From Chloroflexota bacterium (GTDB lineage Bacteria; Chloroflexota; Dehalococcoidia; Lucifugimonadales; HRBIN23), in NCBI GenBank assembly GCA_016210325.1, contig JACQUK010000151.1, forward strand, positions 1 through 51,281: a stretch of 51,281 nucleotides of DNA. The letters run 5' to 3'. Shown here piece by piece: positions 17,504 through 25,619 of the stretch. The number at the start of each line of letters is the position of its first letter. Position 1 is the first letter of the stretch. A program made the position numbers and the translations under genes. The notes under the pieces were generated by a model. That model saw nothing but the letters and a program-made list of their open reading frames with translations, did no database searches and was not told where the DNA came from.

Positions 17504-19597
17504 ATGGATGTGGCAGAGACCCCGTTAGCTGTGCTGCCCCAGCGGGCACAGCCCCGTGGCGTGGAGGCGTGGCTGCCGGTGCGCTGGGAGGTGGCTGGCT
17601 ATATCCTCCTCATGGCGGTGGCGCTGGCCATGCGTCTGTGGGACCTGGGATCCCGGGCGATGCACCACGACGAGAGCCTGCACGCGGTCTATAGCTGGTA
17701 CCTGTACTCCGGTCGTGGCTACCACCACGACCCCATGATGCACGGCCCCTTCCAGTTCCACATGAACACCCTGGTCTTTTTTCTCTTTGGTGACACCGAT
17801 TTCACTGCCCGCCTGGGCTACGCCCTGTTCGGCACGGCACTGGTGGGCCTCCCCTGGTTCCTGCGGCGCCACCTGGGGCGGGCTGGCGCCCTGGCCACTG
17901 CCTTCTTGCTGGCCTTCTCACCGACGCTGCTGTACTTCAGCCGCTTTGCCCGCAACGACATCCTCATGGCGGTGTGGACCCTGGGCCTGGTCATCGCCAT
18001 ATGGCGCTATCTGGACGAGCGGAGAGCCACTTATCTGTACATCCTGGCGGCACTGCTGGCCCTTGCCTTCGCTACGAAGGAGACGGCCTATTTGGCGGTG
18101 GTGGTGCTGGGCGCCTTTCTTTTCTTCTTGGCGCTCGAGGACATTAAGGGCTTTCTCATGGGCAGAAGGCGGCTGTCCCAGTTCGGCCCGGCGGGGACAC
18201 TGCTCATTGTGATAGGAAGCCTAGCATTGCCCCTGTTTGCGCCACTGGTGAGTCTGGCCCAGGGGAAGCTAGGTATCGTCCTGGCCAACCCTGACTTCAC
18301 CAAAGGAGCCATCGGCCTGCCCCAGGGGGCAGGCTGGTACGTGGCTGTAGCCATGATGGCCGCGATGTTGCTCCTTTCGGTGGTGGTGGGCCTCCTCTGG
18401 AACTGGCGGCGCTGGCTGGTCCTGGCCACGGTCTTCTACGGCATCTGGGTCGTCCTCTACACTACCGAGTTCACCAACCCGTTTGGGGTGGTTTCGGGCA
18501 TGTGGCAGTCCATGGGCTACTGGATCGCCCAGCAGGAGGTCCGTCGGGGAGGCCAGCCCTGGTACTACTACTTTGTCATTGGGTGGAACTACGAGTTCTT
18601 GCCGCTGCTGCTGGGCATCGTAGCTGGCGTCTACTATGCACTGAGGGGGTCGCTGTTCGCCCGCTTTCTGGTGTTCTGGGCGGTGGTCAATTTCGCCCTT
18701 TATACCTGGGCGGGCGAAAAGATGCCCTGGCTGCTGGTCCATGTTACGCTGCCCTTCATTCTGCTGGGCGGGAAGGCCCTGGGTGCCCTCATCGAAGCGG
18801 TGCCCTGGACGGTGGCCTGGCGGCGCAGCGCCCTTTTGGGGGCGGCCCTGGTGCCGCTCTTGATGATTGTTTTCTTCAGGGTCGTGTTCTTGTCCCCCCA
18901 CAAGAGCCTGGCAGGCTTTCTGAGCCTGTGGGGATGGCTGTTGGTCATAGCAGCCCTGGTGATAGCCATCGTCCTCTTTGTGCGACGGGTGGGCTGGCGT
19001 GGTGGGTGGGCGCTGGTAAGCCTTGGCGGCGTTGCCATGCTGGTGCTGCTCACCGTCCGTGCTGGGTGGATAGCTACGTACCGCAACGGCGACGTGCCTA
19101 AAGAGATGTTGGTCTACACCCAAAGCTCGCCGGACATCCCGCGCATTGCCCGACAGGTAAGGGAGCTAGCCCAGGCTTCGGCGGACCGGGAGGCCATCAA
19201 CATTGTGGTGGACGGCGACGACGGCTTCGCGTGGCCGTGGGTCTGGTACCTCCGTGACTTCACCGCGGTTGGGTACCCGGGCCTGGCGGCGGTCTCCCCC
19301 GGGCAGTTCGCCAACACCAAGGTGGTCCTGGCCAACGCGGGCAACCTCGGCGCCGTGCGAGACGTGCTGGGCCAGGGCTTTGTGGAGGGCGGGCTCTATT
19401 ACCATCGCTGGTGGTTCCCCGAGACCTACCGGGATGTGACGCCTTCCAAGTTCTGGCGAGGTCTGCGCGACCGTGGAGTGTGGCGCAAGGCCATGGACTA
19501 CTGGCTCTACCGCAAGCTGGGCACGCCCCTGGGGCACGTGGATGCGTATGCCTTCTACGCCACAGACCTGGCCCGCCTCAGCCGGCCCGGTCCGTAG
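17504..19597 (+). CDS. TIGR03663-type / GT-C (PMT-ArnT-like) polytopic membrane protein, putative glycosyltransferase
   Basis: 697 aa with many TM segments. The N-terminal loop motif is RLWDLGSRAMHHDESLHAVYSWYLY..HHDPMMHGPF. It lies 7 nt after the DUF2298 gene, the usual partner of this family. Confidence 0.7.
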   Translation: MDVAETPLAVLPQRAQPRGVEAWLPVRWEVAGYILLMAVALAMRLWDLGSRAMHHDESLHAVYSWYLYSGRGYHHDPMMHGPFQFHMNTLVFFLFGDTDFTARLGYALFGTALVGLPWFLRRHLGRAGALATAFLLAFSPTLLYFSRFARNDILMAVWTLGLVIAIWRYLDERRATYLYILAALLALAFATKETAYLAVVVLGAFLFFLALEDIKGFLMGRRRLSQFGPAGTLLIVIGSLALPLFAPLVSLAQGKLGIVLANPDFTKGAIGLPQGAGWYVAVAMMAAMLLLSVVVGLLWNWRRWLVLATVFYGIWVVLYTTEFTNPFGVVSGMWQSMGYWIAQQEVRRGGQPWYYYFVIGWNYEFLPLLLGIVAGVYYALRGSLFARFLVFWAVVNFALYTWAGEKMPWLLVHVTLPFILLGGKALGALIEAVPWTVAWRRSALLGAALVPLLMIVFFRVVFLSPHKSLAGFLSLWGWLLVIAALVIAIVLFVRRVGWRGGWALVSLGGVAMLVLLTVRAGWIATYRNGDVPKEMLVYTQSSPDIPRIARQVRELAQASADREAINIVVDGDDGFAWPWVWYLRDFTAVGYPGLAAVSPGQFANTKVVLANAGNLGAVRDVLGQGFVEGGLYYHRWWFPETYRDVTPSKFWRGLRDRGVWRKAMDYWLYRKLGTPLGHVDAYAFYATDLARLSRPGP

Positions 19598-19625
19598 AGC
19601 ATCAACATCTCCCCTTGCAAGCTGG

Positions 19626-19654
19626 TTGTAAGGCAGCCTTCGCCGAAGTATACT
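19626..19654 (+). promoter_or_regulatory. Sigma-70-like promoter TTGTAA-17-TATACT upstream of the UPF0104 operon
   Basis: -35 at 19626-19631 and -10 at 19649-19654. Confidence 0.4.
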
Positions 19655-19702
19655 GCCCCGAAAGCCTCTTGCCGTGAAGGAGAGCCGGCAACAAGGAGTA
19701 GC

Positions 19703-20785
19703 TTGCTAAGGTCACGTAGGTTCTGGCTGGGGCTCGTAGGCAGCATCATCTTCATGGGGCTCTTCCTGTACCGGACTGACCTGGTAGCTATGCTTCACGC
19801 GCTGCGAGGTGCCAACTACTGGCTGGTCATTCCGGGGGTGGCCTGCTATTTCGTGGCCCTGTGGTTCCGCACGTTGCGGTGGCAGATCATCCTCGCGCCC
19901 CTGGGTCAGGTCAAGCTCCGTCGGCTGTGGCCGGTGGTGACCATCGGTTACATGGCCAACAACCTGCTGCCGGTGCGCCTGGGGGAGTTGGTGCGTGCCT
20001 ACTTCCTGTGGGATAAGGAGCGCATCAGCAAGACCGCTGGCCTGGCCACCATTCTGGTCGAGCGGGTGTTCGACGGCATGGCCCTGCTACTGCTCGCCAT
20101 GCTGGTATCCCTCGTCATCCCTATAGCAGGGCTGCTCCAGAGCCTGGGGACACGGACTGGCGTCAACTGGCTGGTGCTGACCCTGGCACTGAGCATTCCG
20201 TTCTTTGTTGCCACAGCCCTGATGGTGGTGGTGGCCTGGTTCCCCGCCGGGGTGGAGCGAATCATGGAGCGGGCCGCCGTTGTGCTGCCGCGACCCGCAC
20301 GGGGACGGGCGTTAGACCTGGCGCGGCGCTTCTTGAGCGGGCTGTCGGTGCTGCGGAGCCCCCGCCGGCTGTTTGCCATTTACCTCCTGTCGCTGCCGGT
20401 CTGGATTGCCGAGGCGGCCATGTACATGGTCATCGCCTTTGGGTTTGGCCTTGACCTGGACTTCGCCAACTGGGGCCTTCTGGGCGCGGCCATGATGTTG
20501 ACCACCGTCATCTCCAACCTGGGTACCTCGGTGCCGTCGACCGGCGGTAGCGTTGGACCCTTTGAGTTCTTCGCTGCTGAGACGTTGGTTATCCTGGGGG
20601 TGTCCAGGGATGGCGCCTCCGCCTACGTCTTGGTGCTACACCTGGCCCTCCTGGCACCGGTTACCCTCCTGGGCCTGTTCTATCTATGGAGCGACAACAT
20701 CTCCCTCTCGAGGCTGGCCCAGAAGAGCCAGCAGGCGGAACCGCTGGCTGGGCCTGTGGAGGGCGTGCAGGGTGGTGAGCCGTGA
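19703..20785 (+). CDS. UPF0104 (LPG-synthase-TM / flippase-like) membrane protein
   Basis: Polytopic, with RTLRWQIIL and NNLLPVRLGELVR motifs typical of UPF0104. TTG start with AAGGAG at 19693-19698. Confidence 0.7.
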   Translation: MLRSRRFWLGLVGSIIFMGLFLYRTDLVAMLHALRGANYWLVIPGVACYFVALWFRTLRWQIILAPLGQVKLRRLWPVVTIGYMANNLLPVRLGELVRAYFLWDKERISKTAGLATILVERVFDGMALLLLAMLVSLVIPIAGLLQSLGTRTGVNWLVLTLALSIPFFVATALMVVVAWFPAGVERIMERAAVVLPRPARGRALDLARRFLSGLSVLRSPRRLFAIYLLSLPVWIAEAAMYMVIAFGFGLDLDFANWGLLGAAMMLTTVISNLGTSVPSTGGSVGPFEFFAAETLVILGVSRDGASAYVLVLHLALLAPVTLLGLFYLWSDNISLSRLAQKSQQAEPLAGPVEGVQGGEP

Positions 20786-22167
20786 AGGTGGGGGTTATCG
20801 GCGGCGGTGCGGCGGGCTTGGCCGCTGCCTTCGAGGTCGTCCGCCAGGGCCATCAGGCCATCGTCTATGAGCGAGCGCCTTTCCTGGGAGGGCAGGCCTC
20901 GACCTTTGAGGTCGGTGGTGCTCGTCTGGAGCGAGGGTACCACCATCTGTTCACCAGCGACGTAGACATGGTGTGGCTGGTCCACGAGCTGGGCCTGGGC
21001 CACAAGCTGGCCTGGATCCCCTCTAAGGTCGGCCTCTACCACCGTGGCCGCATCTGGAACTTCACTACTCCAACGGACCTGCTCAGGTTCGGTTCCCTGG
21101 GCCTGACTGACCGCCTCCGCCTGGGCCTGGCGACCCTGGCCATTCAGCGCCAGAAAGACTGGCGCCGCTATGAGGGCATAACCGCCGCCGAGCGTCTTCC
21201 AAAGATGGTGGGTCGGCGTGGCTATGAGGTGGTCTGGGAGCCGCTGCTCCGGGGCAAGTTTGGACAGCACTACCAGGATGTGGGGATGGTGTGGTTCTGG
21301 GGCAAGATTGCCCTGCGCTTCGCGTCCCGAGGCCGAGGCATGGCGCGAGAGAAGCTGGGGTACCCAATGAGCAGCTTTGGTGAGGTCTTCGATACCCTTG
21401 GGCAGCGCGTCCAGCAGATGGGTGGAAAGGTACACACCTCGGCGGTCGTGCGTCGCGTCCTGGTGCAGGACGGGAAGGCAGTTGGGGTGACGGCCGAGCT
21501 GCCTGGGCAGGGTTTGACGGAAGAGACCTTCGACGCGGTCATCGCTACCGTGCCCTCCTACGTGTTCCCGCGGCTGCTGCCTGAGCTTCCGCAGGAGTAC
21601 CTTTTGAAGCTGACCGGGGTGACGTACCTGGCTGCGGTCTTGGTGGTCATGGCTCTGTCGCAGCCCCTGTCCGGCATCTACTGGCTCAACATCGCTGACC
21701 GGAGTATCCCCTTCGTGGCAGTCATTGAGCACACCAACTTCATCCCGCCCGAGCACTATGGCGGCCAACACCTGGTGTACCTCTCCAACTATCTGGGCAA
21801 GGAGAACCCCATGTACCATATGGGGCACCAGGAGCTCCTGGATGCCTACCTGCCCCACCTCCGGAGCATTAACCCCCAGTTTGACAAGAGCTGGATTCTG
21901 CAAAGCTACTACCACCGCGAGGAGGCGGCGCAGCCGGTCATTGGCACTGGCTACTCCGCCCGCATCCCCGCGCACCGCACGCCGGTCAAGGGCCTTTACC
22001 TTGCCAATACTACCCAGATCTACCCGGAGGACCGGGGCACCAACTACAGTGTGCGCCTGGGACGGAAGGTTGCCCGGCTCCTTCTACAAGACTACGGCCA
22101 TCCCGTGGTGGGAGAGCTCCCTGTGCCTGCCATCAGGAACAGCATCACCTCGTTGGGGGAGTGGTAG
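20782..22167 (+). CDS. FAD/NAD(P)-dependent oxidoreductase (amine-oxidase / HemY-phytoene-desaturase-like fold)
   Basis: N-terminal dinucleotide fold KVGVIGGGAAGLAAAFE...YERAPFLGG. The GTG start overlaps the upstream stop by 4 nt. Confidence 0.8.
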   Translation: MKVGVIGGGAAGLAAAFEVVRQGHQAIVYERAPFLGGQASTFEVGGARLERGYHHLFTSDVDMVWLVHELGLGHKLAWIPSKVGLYHRGRIWNFTTPTDLLRFGSLGLTDRLRLGLATLAIQRQKDWRRYEGITAAERLPKMVGRRGYEVVWEPLLRGKFGQHYQDVGMVWFWGKIALRFASRGRGMAREKLGYPMSSFGEVFDTLGQRVQQMGGKVHTSAVVRRVLVQDGKAVGVTAELPGQGLTEETFDAVIATVPSYVFPRLLPELPQEYLLKLTGVTYLAAVLVVMALSQPLSGIYWLNIADRSIPFVAVIEHTNFIPPEHYGGQHLVYLSNYLGKENPMYHMGHQELLDAYLPHLRSINPQFDKSWILQSYYHREEAAQPVIGTGYSARIPAHRTPVKGLYLANTTQIYPEDRGTNYSVRLGRKVARLLLQDYGHPVVGELPVPAIRNSITSLGEW

Positions 22168-22170
22168 GGG

Positions 22171-23043
22171 GTGGGTGCCGGACGCAATGCCCTGGCGGTC
22201 GCCCGGCGCTACCTGGCGGCCTTGGCTGCCCGGGACTGGGAAGGCTTGGGCACTTTGCTGTCAGAAGACGCGGGCCTCTACGATTGCCGACGCCCCCAGC
22301 GGCCGGTCCTGGGGGCTGCGGCAGTTGTTGGATATTGGCGAGACCTGACGACCCGGTTGCCTGACCTGGCTATCGAGGAGCGTGCTGCCCTATGTTGCGG
22401 GGACGAGGTCGTCCTGGAGGTCGCATTGCAGGCCACGTTCCCTGGCCTGGGCACCCTGTGGGTCAGCGGGTGCGACGTGGTGCAGACAAAGAACGGTCAC
22501 ATAGCCAACATCCGCGCCTACTGGGATGGAACGCTGTTCCGCGCCGTGGGGCTTCTGCCACCCGCTGAGGGGGAAGACTGGCGGCGTCCCACCCTGCGAC
22601 CGTGCCTATCTGGGTCCTCTAGGGAAGGGCGGGCCATTGCTGCTGTCCGCGAGTACCTTGCGGCCTGCAACGCCCACGACAAGGCTTGGGTTGCGCGTTG
22701 TCACATACCCAACGCCGTCAGCGTGTTCAACGACATGCCCTCGCAGGCGCTCCGGGGCGCGGCGGCCATAGCCAGCTTCTGGGACATCGTCTTCTCCAAG
22801 CGGCCGGACTGCTCCTGGACGGAGGACCACTCCGTGGCCCAGGGAGGCCAGGTAGCGCTAGAGTGGTCCCTGTACGCCACCTACCCGGGGCTGGGGCCCA
22901 TCTGGGTGTGCGGCGTGGACTGCTACGTCGTTCGTGGGGGAAGAATCGCGCAGGCCCGCCAGTACTGGGATGGCTCCGTGGCACGGGTGGGCCGCACGCC
23001 CAGGCCCCAGGAGCGGGCAGGCCCTATGGTCTGGCCGGTTTGA
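22171..23043 (+). CDS. Tandem NTF2-like (SnoaL-type) domain protein
   Basis: Two internal repeats, each opening with a YLAA-helix (ARRYLAALAARDWEGL and VREYLAACNAHDKAW) and each ending in ...YWDG. It starts 3 nt after the FAD oxidoreductase gene. Confidence 0.65.
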   Translation: MGAGRNALAVARRYLAALAARDWEGLGTLLSEDAGLYDCRRPQRPVLGAAAVVGYWRDLTTRLPDLAIEERAALCCGDEVVLEVALQATFPGLGTLWVSGCDVVQTKNGHIANIRAYWDGTLFRAVGLLPPAEGEDWRRPTLRPCLSGSSREGRAIAAVREYLAACNAHDKAWVARCHIPNAVSVFNDMPSQALRGAAAIASFWDIVFSKRPDCSWTEDHSVAQGGQVALEWSLYATYPGLGPIWVCGVDCYVVRGGRIAQARQYWDGSVARVGRTPRPQERAGPMVWPV

Positions 23044-23056
23044 AAGCTCCACGCCA

Positions 23057-23086
23057 TTGAACCTCCGTGTTCCCCTGTGGTATCAT
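23057..23086 (+). promoter_or_regulatory. Promoter TTGAAC-18-(TGG)TATCAT upstream of the nuoE-like gene
   Basis: -35 at 23057-23062 and -10 at 23081-23086 with a TGn extension. Confidence 0.4.
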
Positions 23087-23116
23087 CCGTGGCAAAGTTC
23101 TCCATTTCACGAGGCG

Positions 23117-23626
23117 ATGGTGACGCACCAGCAGTCTGCCCTGCGAGAACGGATCCGTCAGGCCATCACCACTCAGCCCCAGTCCTTCTCCACTATTCTG
23201 TCTTCCCTCCTGGCCGTCCAGGACGCTCTGGGCTGGCTGCCTGAAGAGGCCATCGAGGAGGTGGCGGCCCATTCTGGGGGCACCGTCAACGATGTTTGGG
23301 CGGTTGCTTCCTTTTACACCAACTTCCGTTTCACGCCGCCGGGCCGGCACGTCGTCGAGGTGTGCTGGGGGCCCACCTGCCACTTGAAGGGTGCCCAGGC
23401 TATCCTGGACGAGGTCCAGCGGGCCCTGGGGCTGGAGCACGAGGGCGATACTTCAGATGGGGGGGTCTCCCTGAAGTACAACACGTGTCTTGGCGCGTGT
23501 TCTCAGGGGCCGGTCATTATGGTGGACCACGCCATCATGGGCAACATGACGTCCGCCCACGCCCACGAGGCGGTGGCCCGGCTGGACAAGTCCGATGGCA
23601 ACCATGCCTCCCAGCACGGGGCGTGA
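23117..23626 (+). CDS. NuoE/FdsG/HoxE-like [2Fe-2S] thioredoxin-like subunit
   Basis: VCWGPTCHLKG...YNTCLGACSQGPVIMVD (four Cys of the NuoE 2Fe-2S site). ATG 23117 is chosen because the ORF-track start 22934 overlaps the upstream gene. Confidence 0.85.
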   Translation: MVTHQQSALRERIRQAITTQPQSFSTILSSLLAVQDALGWLPEEAIEEVAAHSGGTVNDVWAVASFYTNFRFTPPGRHVVEVCWGPTCHLKGAQAILDEVQRALGLEHEGDTSDGGVSLKYNTCLGACSQGPVIMVDHAIMGNMTSAHAHEAVARLDKSDGNHASQHGA

Positions 23627-23701
23627 CCCAGCGGGTGGCCGATGGGCCAGGCAACTACTGAGCCATGCATAGCGACCTAAACTGGTAGCCACATTGTCAT
23701 A

Positions 23702-23770
23702 CTGAGGAGCGAAGCGACGAAGTATCTGGGGGGCTGTGCCCCACCACCCCAGACCCTTCGCTGCGCTCAG
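23702..23770. repeat. Long imperfect palindrome in the nuoE-like / nuoF-like spacer
   Basis: TCTGGGG (23725-23731) pairs with CCCCAGA (23747-23753), CGAAG with CTTCG, and GAGCG with CGCTC. It has the GTCACCCTGAGCGCAGCGAAGGG-type arm (read on the reverse strand) common in repeat hairpins. Confidence 0.6.
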
Positions 23771-23864
23771 GGTGACAGCTTGGTTTAGATTTCTGTTCAA
23801 GGATCAGTAGAAGACTGCAGAGGTAGCGGCGGGGCCGCTACGACCGAGCCGGAGGAGCAGGGAC

Positions 23865-25619
23865 TTGGCGAACACGTACGACGCTCTTGCCAGCGAAGCC
23901 CGGAAACGGTGGGAGGGCCTGGAAAAGGGGCCTCAGCCCTGGATTAGAGTGGGGACTGCCATCTGCGGGAAGGCCGCTGGAGCGCTGGAGACACTGGAGG
24001 CGCTCAAGGCAGAGCTAGGGCGCCGGGACATCAATGCAGTCATTAGCCAGGTGGGCTGCCTGGGCCTTTGCTTTGCCGAACCGCTGGTGGACATCACCAA
24101 GCCGGGTCACCCACGGGTTTTTCTCAAGAACGTCACGCCGGAGGTGGTGCCTGCTCTGGTAGAGTCCTACCTGGCCGGCGACCGGCCGGACCCTGGGCTG
24201 GCGCTGGGCACCCTGGGGGGCAACATCCCGGGGGTGCCCTCGTTGGAAGACCTGCCCCAGTGGAAGCGCCAGGTCAGGGTTGCCACCCGGAACTGCGGCA
24301 CCATTGACCCCGGCGACATCCACCACTACATCGCACATGGGGGCTTCGCCGGCCTGGCCCGGGCACTGACAGAGATGCAACCGCCCCAGGTGCTCCAGGA
24401 GGTGACCCAGTCCGGGCTGCGGGGCCGCGGTGGTGCCGCTTTCCCCACCGGCACCAAGTGGAGCTTCCTGGCCCGCTCCAATGTGTCACCCAAGTACATC
24501 CTGGTCAACTGCGAGGAGGGCGACCCCGGCGCCTTCAATGACAAGGGCATCCTGGAGAGCGACCCCTTCACCCTCATTGAGGGGTGTATCATCGCCGGCT
24601 ACGCCACCGGGGCTAGCCACGGCTACGTGTTCATCCGCCACGGCCACGAAGGGCCCATCCATCTGACGCGCCAGGCCATTGCCCAGGCCCGGAGCCTGGG
24701 ACTAGTAGGCCAGAACATCCTGGGCAGCAAGTTCAGCTTCGAGATGGACGTGGTGCTGACCGGCGAGTCCTACGTCTCCGGCGAGGAGACGGCGTTGATG
24801 GAGGCCATGGAGGGCAAGCGGGCCATGCCCCGCTCTCGCCCCCCCTTCCCGGCGGCGGTAGGCCTCTGGGGCAAGCCCAGCAACATCAACAATGTGAAGA
24901 CCATCTCCTATGTGCCGGAGATCATCGCCCGCGGCGCCAAGTGGTTTGCCGGCATTGGCACCGAGAAGAGCAAGGGCACTGCCATCATATGCTTCTCCGG
25001 CGCCATCAAGTACCCCGGCATGTACGAGGTACCCTTTGGCCTCACGATACGGCAGGTGGTGGAGGAGATCGGCGGGGGTGTCCCTGGTGGGAAACAGCTA
25101 AAGCTGCTGCAAACGGGAGGCCCGCTGGGGGGTGTCCTGGGCGCAGCCAAGCTGGACACGGTGCTGGACTTCGACGCCATGGCCTCGGCTGGCGCAATCC
25201 TGGGCTCCGGTGGCATCATTGTTGGGGACGAGACGGTCTGCGCCGTGGACCTGACACGGAACCTGGTGGCCTTCTGCCAGTTCGAGTCGTGCGGCAAGTG
25301 CTTCCCGTGCCGTTTGGGGATGACCCACCTGTTGGAGGTGCTGGAGCGCATTATCGCAGGGGAAGGCCGCCCGGCTGACCTGGAGCTCATGAAGGCCATA
25401 GGCCAGACTATGGCCGTCGGGTCGCTGTGTGGCCACGGACAGTTGGGCTTCAACCCCGTGCAATCAGGTCTCCAGGCCTTCGCCGAGGACTACAAGATGC
25501 ACCTGGAGCAGAAACGCTGCCCTACCGGCGCCTGCAACCGCCTATTCCACAAGCCTACACGTACCCGGCCTGTAGCATCAGGGGGATGGTATGCCCGACG
25601 AGATTACGTTCACCATTGA
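23865..25619 (+). CDS. NuoF/FdsB-like NAD(H)-binding FMN, [4Fe-4S] subunit with N-terminal thioredoxin-like domain
   Basis: GLRGRGGAAFPTGTKW (FMN/NADH site), EGDPGAF, and the 4Fe-4S motif ESCGKCFPCR...GSLCGHG. TTG start with GGAGGAG at 23851-23857. Confidence 0.85.
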   Translation: MANTYDALASEARKRWEGLEKGPQPWIRVGTAICGKAAGALETLEALKAELGRRDINAVISQVGCLGLCFAEPLVDITKPGHPRVFLKNVTPEVVPALVESYLAGDRPDPGLALGTLGGNIPGVPSLEDLPQWKRQVRVATRNCGTIDPGDIHHYIAHGGFAGLARALTEMQPPQVLQEVTQSGLRGRGGAAFPTGTKWSFLARSNVSPKYILVNCEEGDPGAFNDKGILESDPFTLIEGCIIAGYATGASHGYVFIRHGHEGPIHLTRQAIAQARSLGLVGQNILGSKFSFEMDVVLTGESYVSGEETALMEAMEGKRAMPRSRPPFPAAVGLWGKPSNINNVKTISYVPEIIARGAKWFAGIGTEKSKGTAIICFSGAIKYPGMYEVPFGLTIRQVVEEIGGGVPGGKQLKLLQTGGPLGGVLGAAKLDTVLDFDAMASAGAILGSGGIIVGDETVCAVDLTRNLVAFCQFESCGKCFPCRLGMTHLLEVLERIIAGEGRPADLELMKAIGQTMAVGSLCGHGQLGFNPVQSGLQAFAEDYKMHLEQKRCPTGACNRLFHKPTRTRPVASGGWYARRDYVHH

